From the NCBI GenBank assembly GCA_964633875.1, contig CAZWKL010000004.1, forward strand, positions 1,971-65,970: a DNA stretch of 64,000 nt, in the 5' to 3' direction. Numbering within the stretch: position 1 is the first letter of the stretch; each line of letters starts with the position of its first letter. A program made the position numbers and the translations under genes. Below the pieces are notes generated by a model, which worked only from the letters and a program-made list of their open reading frames with translations, was not told where the DNA came from and ran no database searches. Source of the DNA: an uncultured Pseudomonadales bacterium (lineage in GTDB: Bacteria; Patescibacteriota; Microgenomatia; UBA1400; PJMF01). Below are positions 48,710 through 57,930 of this stretch, piece after piece.

Positions 48710-50182
48710 ATGGCGCAGCAAAACAGACCACCAGTAATCACTATCATGGGCCATGTCGATCACGGCAAAACTACGCTCTTGGATTACATTAAAAAAACCA
48801 AGGTGGCTGCCGGTGAAGCCGGGGGTATTACCCAGCATATTGGCGCTTACAGCATTGAGTTTAACGGCAAGCCGATTACTTTTATCGACACACCCGGCCA
48901 CGCGGCTTTCAACAAAATGCGTGAGCGCGGCGCTCAAGTGACCGACCTGATTGTGCTAGTGGTAGCTGCCAACGATGGGGTTAAACCGCAAACGGTGGAG
49001 TCCATTCGCCACATCAAAACCAGCGGTGTGCCGTTTGTCGTGGCCATCAACAAGATGGATATGCCCGATGTCGACCCCAATCTTGCCAAATCTGAATTGG
49101 CCCAGCACGATGTTGTCATCACCGAGTACGGCGGCGATGTCGAAGCTATTGAAATTTCCGCCCTCAAAGGCACCAATGTAGACAAACTTTTGGAAACTCT
49201 GCTGGTTTTGGCAGAGCTGCAGGAGCTCAAGGCAGATCCGTCGGCCCCACTGGAAGCGGTGGTAATTGAAGCTTCCAAAACCCAGCACCGCGGTTTTGTG
49301 GCCACGGTGATAGTGCAACAAGGCACCCTTAAGACACGCCTGGATGTGATTGCGGGTGAAGTCACTGGCAGGGTCAAACAGTTGGCCGACGAGCTGGGCA
49401 ACTCAATTGACAACGTTTTGCCTGGTTTTCCGGCGGAAATTATGAGTTTTGACGCCGTGCCATCTGTGGGTTCGAGTGTGCGTGATCTCAACGCTCATTA
49501 CTCGGAGCCGGAGGAATCGGACGTGGCAGTTGAGAGCGATGAGCCCTGGGCGGATTTTAATTTTGGCGCCCTGGTGGAGTCGGCGGATCAGCCCAAGCTC
49601 AACTTAATTGTTAAAGCTGATGTTGACGGCACCCTGGAAGCGATTTTGCAAAATCTGGACGAAGAAAGCACCGAGCTGATTTCCTCTGGTGTAGGTGAAA
49701 TTACTGAGCGCGACTTGGATTTGGCTGAAACCAGCGGCGCCCTGATTATTTCTTTTCACTCCAAGGTTTCCGGCAAAATTAAACGCTTGGCCAAGGAGCG
49801 CGGGATCAAGATCAAGCAATACGACATTATTTATCAACTGATTGAAGATTTGCAGAAGCAAATGCTGAAATTGCTCGAGCCTACCATCGACGAAAAAGTA
49901 GTTGGTGAGGCAGAAATTTTGGAAATTTTTGAGATCAATGGCAATACAATTGCCGGTGTGAAGGTTAAAACCGGCGAAATTAAGAAAAATGACCGCCTAC
50001 ACCTGCTGCGCGATGGCGCCATTATCGCCAATCCGGTGATTCGCACCATGCAGCACGGCAAAGACGAAGTGGATCGTGTCACTGCCAAGAGCGAAGCCGG
50101 CGTTACTTTCAAGAACAAGAAGCTGGATTTTCAGGCAGGCGATCTTTTGACTGCTTACACCATTGAGGAAGATGAAGATTAA
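48710..50182 (+). CDS. infB: Translation initiation factor IF-2 (no N-terminal domain)
   Basis: RPPVITIMGHVDHGKTT at the very N-terminus; GGITQHIGAY; DTPGH. Confidence 0.96.
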   Translation: MAQQNRPPVITIMGHVDHGKTTLLDYIKKTKVAAGEAGGITQHIGAYSIEFNGKPITFIDTPGHAAFNKMRERGAQVTDLIVLVVAANDGVKPQTVESIRHIKTSGVPFVVAINKMDMPDVDPNLAKSELAQHDVVITEYGGDVEAIEISALKGTNVDKLLETLLVLAELQELKADPSAPLEAVVIEASKTQHRGFVATVIVQQGTLKTRLDVIAGEVTGRVKQLADELGNSIDNVLPGFPAEIMSFDAVPSVGSSVRDLNAHYSEPEESDVAVESDEPWADFNFGALVESADQPKLNLIVKADVDGTLEAILQNLDEESTELISSGVGEITERDLDLAETSGALIISFHSKVSGKIKRLAKERGIKIKQYDIIYQLIEDLQKQMLKLLEPTIDEKVVGEAEILEIFEINGNTIAGVKVKTGEIKKNDRLHLLRDGAIIANPVIRTMQHGKDEVDRVTAKSEAGVTFKNKKLDFQAGDLLTAYTIEEDED

Positions 50183-50441
50183 TTAGCTCGAAGAGTTTCT
50201 ATGGCGGCAGTGATTCGTAAGTTCATCAAGACTGGCCTGGAAAAGCAGCAAAAAAATCAAAACCAGAGCTTAAAAGTGATGAAAAATATCGCCAAACTAG
50301 AATTAAAAGGCGGCCCGAAAGACTTATCCACCAATCTCGACCACTATTTATACGGAGCTGCCAAACATGAGTAAAATTGCGTCAGATCAAGCAGCAAATG
50401 TTTATTTGCCAGCTTATCGTGAAAGTCTTGAGGAGAAATAA
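50183..50441 (+). pseudogene. 5'-truncated RHH/CopG antitoxin plus a stub at the toxin position
   Basis: LARRVSMAAVIRKFIKTGL...GPKDLSTNLDHYLYG (to 50374) lacks the N-terminal beta strand. An overlapping ATG at 50367 gives only 24 aa. Confidence 0.55.
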
Positions 50442-50491
50442 TCTTCATTAAGATACATTCGGCCAATCTGTTCCTCAATGTCCTGCCGTAC

Positions 50492-52603
50492 CTACTCATA
50501 ACGCAGAGCATTGAGCGCCGAGATGCGGGTTGCTCTTTTGGCTGGATACCAACCGGTAAAGATCCCCACCATGATCGAGAGGAAAATGACTAACATGACG
50601 AAGCCAAGAGGAATGGCGGCTACGTCTAAAAAGCCCAACCCATGACTGACTGAAATGGTTGAGAGCAGCAAGCTCACCAGCTTGCCAGCCAGATAACCTA
50701 AGCCAATGCCCAGTACACCGCCATAAAAACCCATGATCATCGACTCAGTCAAGAAAAGCTCTTTGACTTCCCTTTCTTTCATACCCATAGCTTTCATTAG
50801 ACCAACCTCCCTGGTGCGCTCCAAGAGCGAGACAGTGAGGGTGTTGAACATGCCGAGCGCGGCGACCGTGAGAGCAACCATGCCAATCACTCCCATAATC
50901 AGGCGAAAGGTAGAGAAAAGGTTGTCGATTTGTGCCACCGTGTCGACCACCGAAACCGTGCCATAGCCCATAGCCTCGATAGTAGCCCGAACCTGAGGCA
51001 GCACCTCTTGGCTTGTAGTGATGATTTTGAGTTGCGAAAACCGGTTGATGCCCAAAGAACGCAACTCTGCAAAAGGCACGTAGATGACCGGCGTGTCCTC
51101 CTCTGGCGTGACCCCGACGATCTCGTATTGAGTAGGGACGGACTCGATCCGCTCTAGTTCTCCCTCAATCAACTCACCCACAGCCACAAAGCTCAAGCTG
51201 ATTTTTTGTCCAACAGCATTAGATTCCTCAAGGCCCAAAACGGATAAGACCGCTCGATTGACTACCGCCTGCCTCAGAGACCCGGGTGGCAACTCTACCA
51301 ACTTGGGTTGTTCGGTGGGTTCTATGGTGACCGAGTTCATATCGATTAGCTCCAGCGAGCCATCAGAATAATTGGGCGAGGTCTGAATGTTGGTACCAGT
51401 AGCGGTTCCGGCAGCAGCGCTGGTACCAGTACCGGACAAGGCGGGAGTGCTGGCCGCCGCCGAGTCAAGCTGTGTTTCCAGGCCGGTCAGAACTTGCAAA
51501 TTAAGCTGGGCTACAAACCCAACCATCACCAGCGGATTATCAGCCGAGTCTAACATCGGGATGTAGCTGCCGGCCTCACAATTCGGATGATATTCTAGTT
51601 GCTCCGCGGCGGACGCCGCGGCATCATTGCTGCAAGGCGACTGCCGCCACAAAGGAAAACTCGCGCGAATCCAGACGGCCAGGGGTTGATCGGCGCTGCC
51701 AGCTTGGGGGCCGGTATAGCCTGCAAAATAATCCCCGTACACGGCAGTGCCGGTGAAATCGGCCTCACCTACTCTGGTGTAGCCCAAGACTTGTTCGTTG
51801 GTAGAAGGGCCGCCGCGGACTCTGATCCAACTACCTGGATTGATGCTAAAGCTCACTGGCCCAATTTCTTGGCTGAAGCTGGCTTCAAGCACGGCAGGGG
51901 CATCATCGGCTTGAGTTTCTACTTCACCTTCACTGGTGACTGTTAATTCTTCTATAGGGCTGACTACTTCGTGACTTTCAAAGATTTTTCCTTGCACTGG
52001 TTGAATAGCAGAGTTGGTTAGGTACGCCGTTGTGACGCCGTAAACCGCCAAATCAGTTACGGATTCATGGAGAGAAGCTCTGCCCACCACACTAATGAGC
52101 GGCAAAGCCTCTTGCACTGTTGGCAGGTTGGTAAATCTAGCCAAAACCTCATCATTGAGAGCCAGTTCATCACTCAAGCCCGGCACTACCTCGGCTTGGC
52201 TCAGTTCTTCCAGTCGCGCTACTCGGCTAGTGACTAAGTGTTGCAAACCGTAGCCCACCGACACCAAGAAAACAATAAAAGCCACGCCAATAGCCATGCC
52301 GCCGATAGTAATGGCGGTACGGGTACTTTTGGATCGCATGTTGCGAAACGACAGCTCAATGAGATAGCCGCGACTGAGGGTGCCGTTACTACCATCTAGT
52401 TGGTGATTGAGGCGGTCATAGAGCTTGTTGGCGGCGCGCTCGAAAATAGTGAATGGCCTGGTCCACCAGGCTTTAGAGGTGGTGAGCGCGACCGCAAAGA
52501 CTTTGAGCGAATAAGCAATCACCAGGAGCAAAAAACTGGTACTGCGCCGCAAGACCTTGATTAGACGACTAATTCTGCTGGTAAAGATGTTGATAAACTG
52601 CAT
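50492..52603 (-). CDS. MacB/FtsX-family ABC transporter permease with a large extracellular insert
   Basis: RTAITIGGMAIGV, GMFNTLTVSLLERTREVGLMKAMG, YPAKRA..ISALNALRYE. Confidence 0.9.
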   Translation of the reverse strand: MQFINIFTSRISRLIKVLRRSTSFLLLVIAYSLKVFAVALTTSKAWWTRPFTIFERAANKLYDRLNHQLDGSNGTLSRGYLIELSFRNMRSKSTRTAITIGGMAIGVAFIVFLVSVGYGLQHLVTSRVARLEELSQAEVVPGLSDELALNDEVLARFTNLPTVQEALPLISVVGRASLHESVTDLAVYGVTTAYLTNSAIQPVQGKIFESHEVVSPIEELTVTSEGEVETQADDAPAVLEASFSQEIGPVSFSINPGSWIRVRGGPSTNEQVLGYTRVGEADFTGTAVYGDYFAGYTGPQAGSADQPLAVWIRASFPLWRQSPCSNDAAASAAEQLEYHPNCEAGSYIPMLDSADNPLVMVGFVAQLNLQVLTGLETQLDSAAASTPALSGTGTSAAAGTATGTNIQTSPNYSDGSLELIDMNSVTIEPTEQPKLVELPPGSLRQAVVNRAVLSVLGLEESNAVGQKISLSFVAVGELIEGELERIESVPTQYEIVGVTPEEDTPVIYVPFAELRSLGINRFSQLKIITTSQEVLPQVRATIEAMGYGTVSVVDTVAQIDNLFSTFRLIMGVIGMVALTVAALGMFNTLTVSLLERTREVGLMKAMGMKEREVKELFLTESMIMGFYGGVLGIGLGYLAGKLVSLLLSTISVSHGLGFLDVAAIPLGFVMLVIFLSIMVGIFTGWYPAKRATRISALNALRYE

Positions 52604-52604
52604 T

Positions 52605-53387
52605 TTATAAATCCTCGACGATTTGGTTGGTTAATGGCGGCTTGCCGCCAGCGCGTTTCAAGTCGTTGCTTTTACTTTTCCTCGCAGCGGGATTGGTGAG
52701 TTCTTGAATAATTTCTCCATCCAGCATCTCCAAAGCTCTTTTAGCAAAACTTAAATACTCCAGGTCATGGGTGACCATAATGATGGTTTTCCCTTGGCTA
52801 TTTAGATCTTTAAGCAATTTCATCAGTTGCCGGCCGGACTCATAATCGAGGTTGCCGGTTGGCTCATCAGCGATGAGGATGGTTGGATCAGTGACAATGG
52901 CTCTAGCCAAGGCCACCCGCTGTTGTTGGCCGGAAGAAAGCTCGGTGGGGATATAGTCGCTCCAGTCCACCATGCCCACTTGTTCCAGGGCGGTGTGAGC
53001 TTTTGCCGCTGCTGCCGGCTCGGTTAGGCCAGTGAGGCGCAGAGCAAACATCACATTTTCTTTGGCAGTGAGTGACTTAATCCAGTTTGGCTGCTGATAA
53101 ACCATGCCGATTTGGTGTTTGCGCAGTTCAGCTCGATCATCTTCTGTCAAGTTATCGTAAAGCGACTGACCTTGAAAAACCACCTTGCCGCTGGTGGGTT
53201 GCTCCAGTCCCAAAATGGTATGGAGCAAGGTGGATTTGCCGCAACCGGACGGGCCAAAAATGACCAAAAATTCACCAGTTCTGACGGCAAAATTGATATT
53301 TTTTAGCACCGTCACCGCTTGAGACTTGACGGAAAAGGTTTTGCCCAGGGTTTGTGCTGAAATAATGTCGGTATGATGAGTTGGCAT
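52605..53387 (-). CDS. ABC transporter ATPase (MacB/LolD type)
   Basis: [34 protein letters not shown]. Confidence 0.95.
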   Translation of the reverse strand: MPTHHTDIISAQTLGKTFSVKSQAVTVLKNINFAVRTGEFLVIFGPSGCGKSTLLHTILGLEQPTSGKVVFQGQSLYDNLTEDDRAELRKHQIGMVYQQPNWIKSLTAKENVMFALRLTGLTEPAAAAKAHTALEQVGMVDWSDYIPTELSSGQQQRVALARAIVTDPTILIADEPTGNLDYESGRQLMKLLKDLNSQGKTIIMVTHDLEYLSFAKRALEMLDGEIIQELTNPAARKSKSNDLKRAGGKPPLTNQIVEDL

Positions 53388-53435
53388 ATCAGTTTTCTGG
53401 CGCTACTGCCATTTCCGGTGCTACTGTCTTAGGCG

Positions 53436-56400
53436 CTACTGCCTCAACAGCCCCAAAAAGCTGAAGGCAGAAGCTAGATTTTCAATGACTAAATCGAAGG
53501 CTGATCGGGTAGCTTTGGGCGCGATAGTGGTGACGTCAATACTGCGAGCTTCGTTGCCGGCGGCGTCTTTGGTAATGGCCCGCAGATGATAAACTTGGCT
53601 GGGTGTGAGCCCAGAGATAATGACGGTGTGGTTGGTGGTGAGGTTGCCGTCTTCTTGAGTTTTTTGGCTGTAGCTGCCGCCGGTACCGGCCCCAAACTCG
53701 ACTTGCGAAGTGGCTGGTTCGTCAGTATCCCAGGTGACAACCAACTGAGCCTTGATGTCTCCAGCCGCAAAGCCCACTGGTGGGATAGTACCGCCAATTA
53801 CCTTGAGGTTGATAATCTGCGGCGGCCTGGTATCGGTAGCAGTAGTGAAGTTGAAGGTGTCGGAAACGGCTTCGTTGCCAGCTCGATCTCTACCCTTGAC
53901 CACCAACTGATATTGCTGTTGGGGCAGCAAACCGGAAACTGTCATTTGGTGCTCGCCGCCTCTGAGTTCAACATTAACTTCATCCCGGGCGGCGCTAGCC
54001 TGACCAGTTGGATAGTAACTTACCACTGAGGACATGGGTGTATTGACACTCCAGCTCACCAGCACCGTTGTCTGGGCACTGCCGGCAATTTCCTGCAAGC
54101 GGACATTGCTGATGCGCGGACGCGGCATAGTTTCAAAAGTCAAAGCCTGACCTTCATACTCAAAGCCTTCGCTGTCTACAGGATTAACCTTGTAGTAGTA
54201 GAGGCTGCCATCCTCAAGTTCTGTGAGTTCAGTAGTGAGGGTGACTTCTTCTCTGGAGGTGGCCACTTCTAACATCCCGCCAAAAGCAGTGCTTCTGCCG
54301 TAGTAAATCTTGACGCTGCTGGCTCCCTTAACAGTGTAGCGTAAAATGGCGTTACTCAGGCCAATTTGAGTGGCTTGAGGATCAGTGACAGTTGGTGCGC
54401 TTTCGGTTGTAAATCTTTTTTCTTCACTCTTGCCAGTGTTGCCGTCCTCATCTGTCCAGCGCGCTTGGTAATAGTAAGTTGTGCCAGGCAATAAATTAGT
54501 TAAGTTAATTTTGTGATCGGTTACTTGAGAGGAGTTGGAAGGCTCTTCATCAAAATAATCGCCCGATTTGGTGCCGTAAGCGATTTTGGAATCACTGTCA
54601 CGGTTGGTAGTCCAGATAATTTCGGCTTTTCTGGTGGTAATGGTTTTCACCTCTGGGCCGGAAGTAAGTTTGGCCGGATCAGAAAAACTACCTTTGGGTG
54701 TGAGGGCCACCGCGTTGGTGTAGGAAGGGTTGGCAATTGAGTCGGCACTGGTGTCACTGGTGCCGATGCGCCAGAAGTATTGACGTGAGTCATCCACGGT
54801 ATCGACATAGGCGGTGCCTGAGGTAGTAGTGATAGTCGTCCATGATTGGCCATCTGATGAGCGCTGGATGGTGTAGGTTAAGTCTCCGGTACCTCGATAA
54901 TCAGGATGATCCCAGGCCAGTGAGGCTCGCCAGAGAGAGGCGGCCTTGATTGAGGCGTCGGAAGCGGTAAGATTTTTGGCTGGATCAGGAAGGTCGGAAT
55001 CTAGAGTGAAATTACCGAAAATAAAGTTACTGGATGAGTAATTGTCTTCATCGTCTACCGCCACAACTCGGACGATGTTGTTGTCTTTTTGAACTCCTGG
55101 CAACATACCGGCAGCAACCGAGGTGCTAGTGGTAGGAATGTAGGTACCAGGATTGTTGCGGAGAGTGGCCAGCGTTACCGGCGGGGTGGTGTTGATCATA
55201 TAAAAGTATTGGGCTACAGTCTGTCCTTCGTCCGGTTGGGCTGCCGGCCAGGAAAGAGCAAACTCGTTGCTGGTGTTGATGTTGGGGGTGACGGTGACGA
55301 CAGCTCCTCCCTCAAAAATTGGCGCGTCACCGCCATAAGCCAGGCTGCCGGTGCGGTAGGTAGCGGGCGGAGAGGTGTTACCCGCTTCATCAACGGTTCT
55401 AAAGTAAATGATATTATCACCAATTTCGATCAAATCTCCATCCCGCTCGTCGGTCAGGTAGTAAGGTTGTTCCAAATTCAAGGCCGGGATAAAGTCGATA
55501 CCGAGTGTCGGATGAGTTTCACTGCCAAGCCAAGTATCGGTGTCCTTGATAGCATACTGCCACCCGAGCACGCCGGAATGTACATCACTGCTGGCCGCGC
55601 TGGCCGCGGGAGGATTAGTCGGCCAGGAAAAGTTCATGTCGGCGACGTTGTTGAAGGTCCCGGAGGCAGGATTAATAAAAGCGACATTATTAGGCGCCAC
55701 GCTATCAAAAGAGAAGCTCAGGCTGGCAGCAGCAGCACCGCCGCTCTCACCCTGATTGTAGGTATTGCCAGCCTGATCAATAGCTTTAATGCGCAGATGA
55801 TAGGTTGTCCCGTTTACAAAACTGCTAGCCAGGTAATCTCCGGCTGACAAGTCCAGGCTGGTGCCGGCCACTATAAACTGGCAGGGTGTACCAACAGTGT
55901 CTAGGGGTGAGTTGATTAGCAGGCCAGAGGTGCCCGCTTCACTCACATGGTTTCCCGGATCGGCGTCTGCTTCAGTACCAAGGTACAGACAGTAGCCTTT
56001 CAAACCTGTGCCAGCCTCATCGTCAGCGCCAGAGTCCCAGCTAAAGTACGGCGCAAAGCTGTTCGACCAGCCCCCATTGAGAATGATGTGGCCGCTGTCT
56101 GCTGATTGCATACTAATGTTGCTGGCATTTACCTCTGGTTCAACTGTGTCTATAGGCAGATCAGCGTCGATACTCACCCCCGGACTAGTAAAGTTGATCC
56201 AGCCTATGTCCTCGGAAAAGCCGTAGCCACTGAAAGTGCCGGTGTCCAGATCTATAGTTACATTGCTGTTGTAATCGCTAAAATCCAGATAGGCGGCGGT
56301 ATTCAACACGTAAGCTTTGCCCGCCAACAAACCAGTGTCTGGATCGTAAGTAACTGGGCCACTCGGGTTGTTGTCCGCTCCAAAAGCCACCCAGCCTAAG

Positions 56401-56636
56401 TCTTCCGAAAAGACATAGCCGGAAAACTTATGATGGGTCATGTTGATGTAAACTTGAGAGTTGTATTCGTCAAAATCCAGGAAGGCGCCAGTGTTTTCGA
56501 CTAAAGCTCGGCCAGTGACAGGAAAACTGGCCGCATGGACCAAAGGGCGAACCAAAAAGACCAACGCCAAAGCAGCCAACAAAAAAGCAGCGCTGGCCAC
56601 ATAGCGAACCCTGGTGTTTAGTAACACAAATAACAC
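53436..56636 (-). CDS. Large secreted or surface protein with multiple FN3 domains
   Basis: Signal peptide; N-terminal GYxFSEDxGW repeats; several FN3 modules (WTTN..S..I.YG..H...L..L.PGTTYYY). Confidence 0.85.
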   Translation of the reverse strand: MLFVLLNTRVRYVASAAFLLAALALVFLVRPLVHAASFPVTGRALVENTGAFLDFDEYNSQVYINMTHHKFSGYVFSEDLGWVAFGADNNPSGPVTYDPDTGLLAGKAYVLNTAAYLDFSDYNSNVTIDLDTGTFSGYGFSEDIGWINFTSPGVSIDADLPIDTVEPEVNASNISMQSADSGHIILNGGWSNSFAPYFSWDSGADDEAGTGLKGYCLYLGTEADADPGNHVSEAGTSGLLINSPLDTVGTPCQFIVAGTSLDLSAGDYLASSFVNGTTYHLRIKAIDQAGNTYNQGESGGAAAASLSFSFDSVAPNNVAFINPASGTFNNVADMNFSWPTNPPAASAASSDVHSGVLGWQYAIKDTDTWLGSETHPTLGIDFIPALNLEQPYYLTDERDGDLIEIGDNIIYFRTVDEAGNTSPPATYRTGSLAYGGDAPIFEGGAVVTVTPNINTSNEFALSWPAAQPDEGQTVAQYFYMINTTPPVTLATLRNNPGTYIPTTSTSVAAGMLPGVQKDNNIVRVVAVDDEDNYSSSNFIFGNFTLDSDLPDPAKNLTASDASIKAASLWRASLAWDHPDYRGTGDLTYTIQRSSDGQSWTTITTTSGTAYVDTVDDSRQYFWRIGTSDTSADSIANPSYTNAVALTPKGSFSDPAKLTSGPEVKTITTRKAEIIWTTNRDSDSKIAYGTKSGDYFDEEPSNSSQVTDHKINLTNLLPGTTYYYQARWTDEDGNTGKSEEKRFTTESAPTVTDPQATQIGLSNAILRYTVKGASSVKIYYGRSTAFGGMLEVATSREEVTLTTELTELEDGSLYYYKVNPVDSEGFEYEGQALTFETMPRPRISNVRLQEIAGSAQTTVLVSWSVNTPMSSVVSYYPTGQASAARDEVNVELRGGEHQMTVSGLLPQQQYQLVVKGRDRAGNEAVSDTFNFTTATDTRPPQIINLKVIGGTIPPVGFAAGDIKAQLVVTWDTDEPATSQVEFGAGTGGSYSQKTQEDGNLTTNHTVIISGLTPSQVYHLRAITKDAAGNEARSIDVTTIAPKATRSAFDLVIENLASAFSFLGLLRQ

Positions 56637-56860
56637 AACTCCAGCTTAACATAGAATAAAAAGGGAATTCAAGGCGAAATTGCACTATATTTTTGCTGAT
56701 CCCGCCCAGGATTATTTTTACAAAGGCGATCCTCGGCTCAAGCAATTAGTCCCCAAACAAAAATCGCTCTTTGGCAATCTCAGTAGCCAATTGGAAGCAC
56801 TTTCGTCTGGCTAATAAACGAAACTGGACAAAGAAACAGAAAAAATGATATGTTATCTTT

Positions 56861-57709
56861 ATGAGAGAGAGAAAGCCTCATTACTTGCGTTGGTTGGTGT
56901 TGGGTGTGGTCTTTGTGGGCCTAGCTTTGCTTGGGTATCGGAGTATTGGTGTCTGGGCAGAGCAACTTGGTGATCCGGCCTACACTCCGGAGTCTGGTCA
57001 AGATAGCCGCCTCAAGCAACTGAGCGACGAGTTAGCGGGTCTCAATTATGGTTCAGAAACAGTTGGCTCCGAGGATGACTGGGGCGCGTACTGGAACCGC
57101 ATCCGCTCAGCAGCACAGACGCCTTTTAATGGCGCTCTAGCGCTAGGAGTCACTAATGGTGGCAATTCCGATTATCCTGCAACAACGGGTGGTATTAGTG
57201 ATACCAGCCCCTTGCCAGATGGCAGTTACCGCAGTGATTGGCTGGAGTGTAATAGCGGCAATGATTACTGCGGGCTTGACGATGAGGGCGGTAACATTGC
57301 CGATATGCTGGATCAGCATACTGGCCTAATTTGGTCTGAACGCATTGCTACAGCAGACAACTGGTTTACTGCCAATAACTGCCACCAGCCGGAAACAGAG
57401 GAGAACCCCGGTACTTGTGTTGGTAATACTGATTCAGCCTGCAAGTGTGTCAAAAAAGAAACAGCTAAAACGGGCTGTGAATCTCGGGTTGAAAATGGTG
57501 GCGGCTGGCGCTTGCCCCACCAAAAAGAGCTGATGTTGGCTTATATTCATGGGTCAGCTGCAGTCTTGAGTGATCCAGCCAACCAGTACTGGTCTAGTAC
57601 TACGGTCTTTGGTAGCGCCCAACATGCTTCGATCACTTCCCTCAGCAATGGCAACACCTTCAACGCCGTTAAGGCAACTGCTCCTCGGGCGGTTAGGTGC
57701 GTTCGCTAG
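56861..57709 (+). CDS. Secreted DUF1566 / C-type-lectin-fold protein, candidate DGR target
   Basis: Signal/TM, Cys-rich, DQHTGLIW, GWRLP..KEL, YWSST and terminal VRCVR*. Confidence 0.8.
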   Translation: MRERKPHYLRWLVLGVVFVGLALLGYRSIGVWAEQLGDPAYTPESGQDSRLKQLSDELAGLNYGSETVGSEDDWGAYWNRIRSAAQTPFNGALALGVTNGGNSDYPATTGGISDTSPLPDGSYRSDWLECNSGNDYCGLDDEGGNIADMLDQHTGLIWSERIATADNWFTANNCHQPETEENPGTCVGNTDSACKCVKKETAKTGCESRVENGGGWRLPHQKELMLAYIHGSAAVLSDPANQYWSSTTVFGSAQHASITSLSNGNTFNAVKATAPRAVRCVR

Positions 57710-57819
57710 CTCAGGCCTTTATAATTTGTGGCCTGACTGAGTGGTAGCGAAGGAAGGCTTTTGACCAGCCTGGGCGGCAGCGTTAGCTGCAGCGAGGCGG
57801 GTTTTTTTATTTTTTTAAT

Positions 57820-57900
57820 GGCAGTGTGGCACTTTTAAGTGCCACAGCTGCCCAAATTCCCCCAAATAGCGCCACTCAACTAGCGGTATTTGGGGAAATT
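57820..57900. repeat. Two inverted repeats upstream of the AAA-ATPase promoter
   Basis: TGTGGCACTT-TT-AAGTGCCACA (57825-57846); AATTCCCCCAAATA...TATTTGGGGAAATT (57855-57900). Confidence 0.7.
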
Positions 57901-57930
57901 CGGCTGTTTGTGTGGTATAATGGTCGGTAT

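Noticed and set aside
56680-56814. 44-aa TTG-start ORF between the FN3 and DUF1566 genes
   Set aside because: It looks protein-like and may be a gene remnant, but I recognise no motif, so it cannot be supported without a search.
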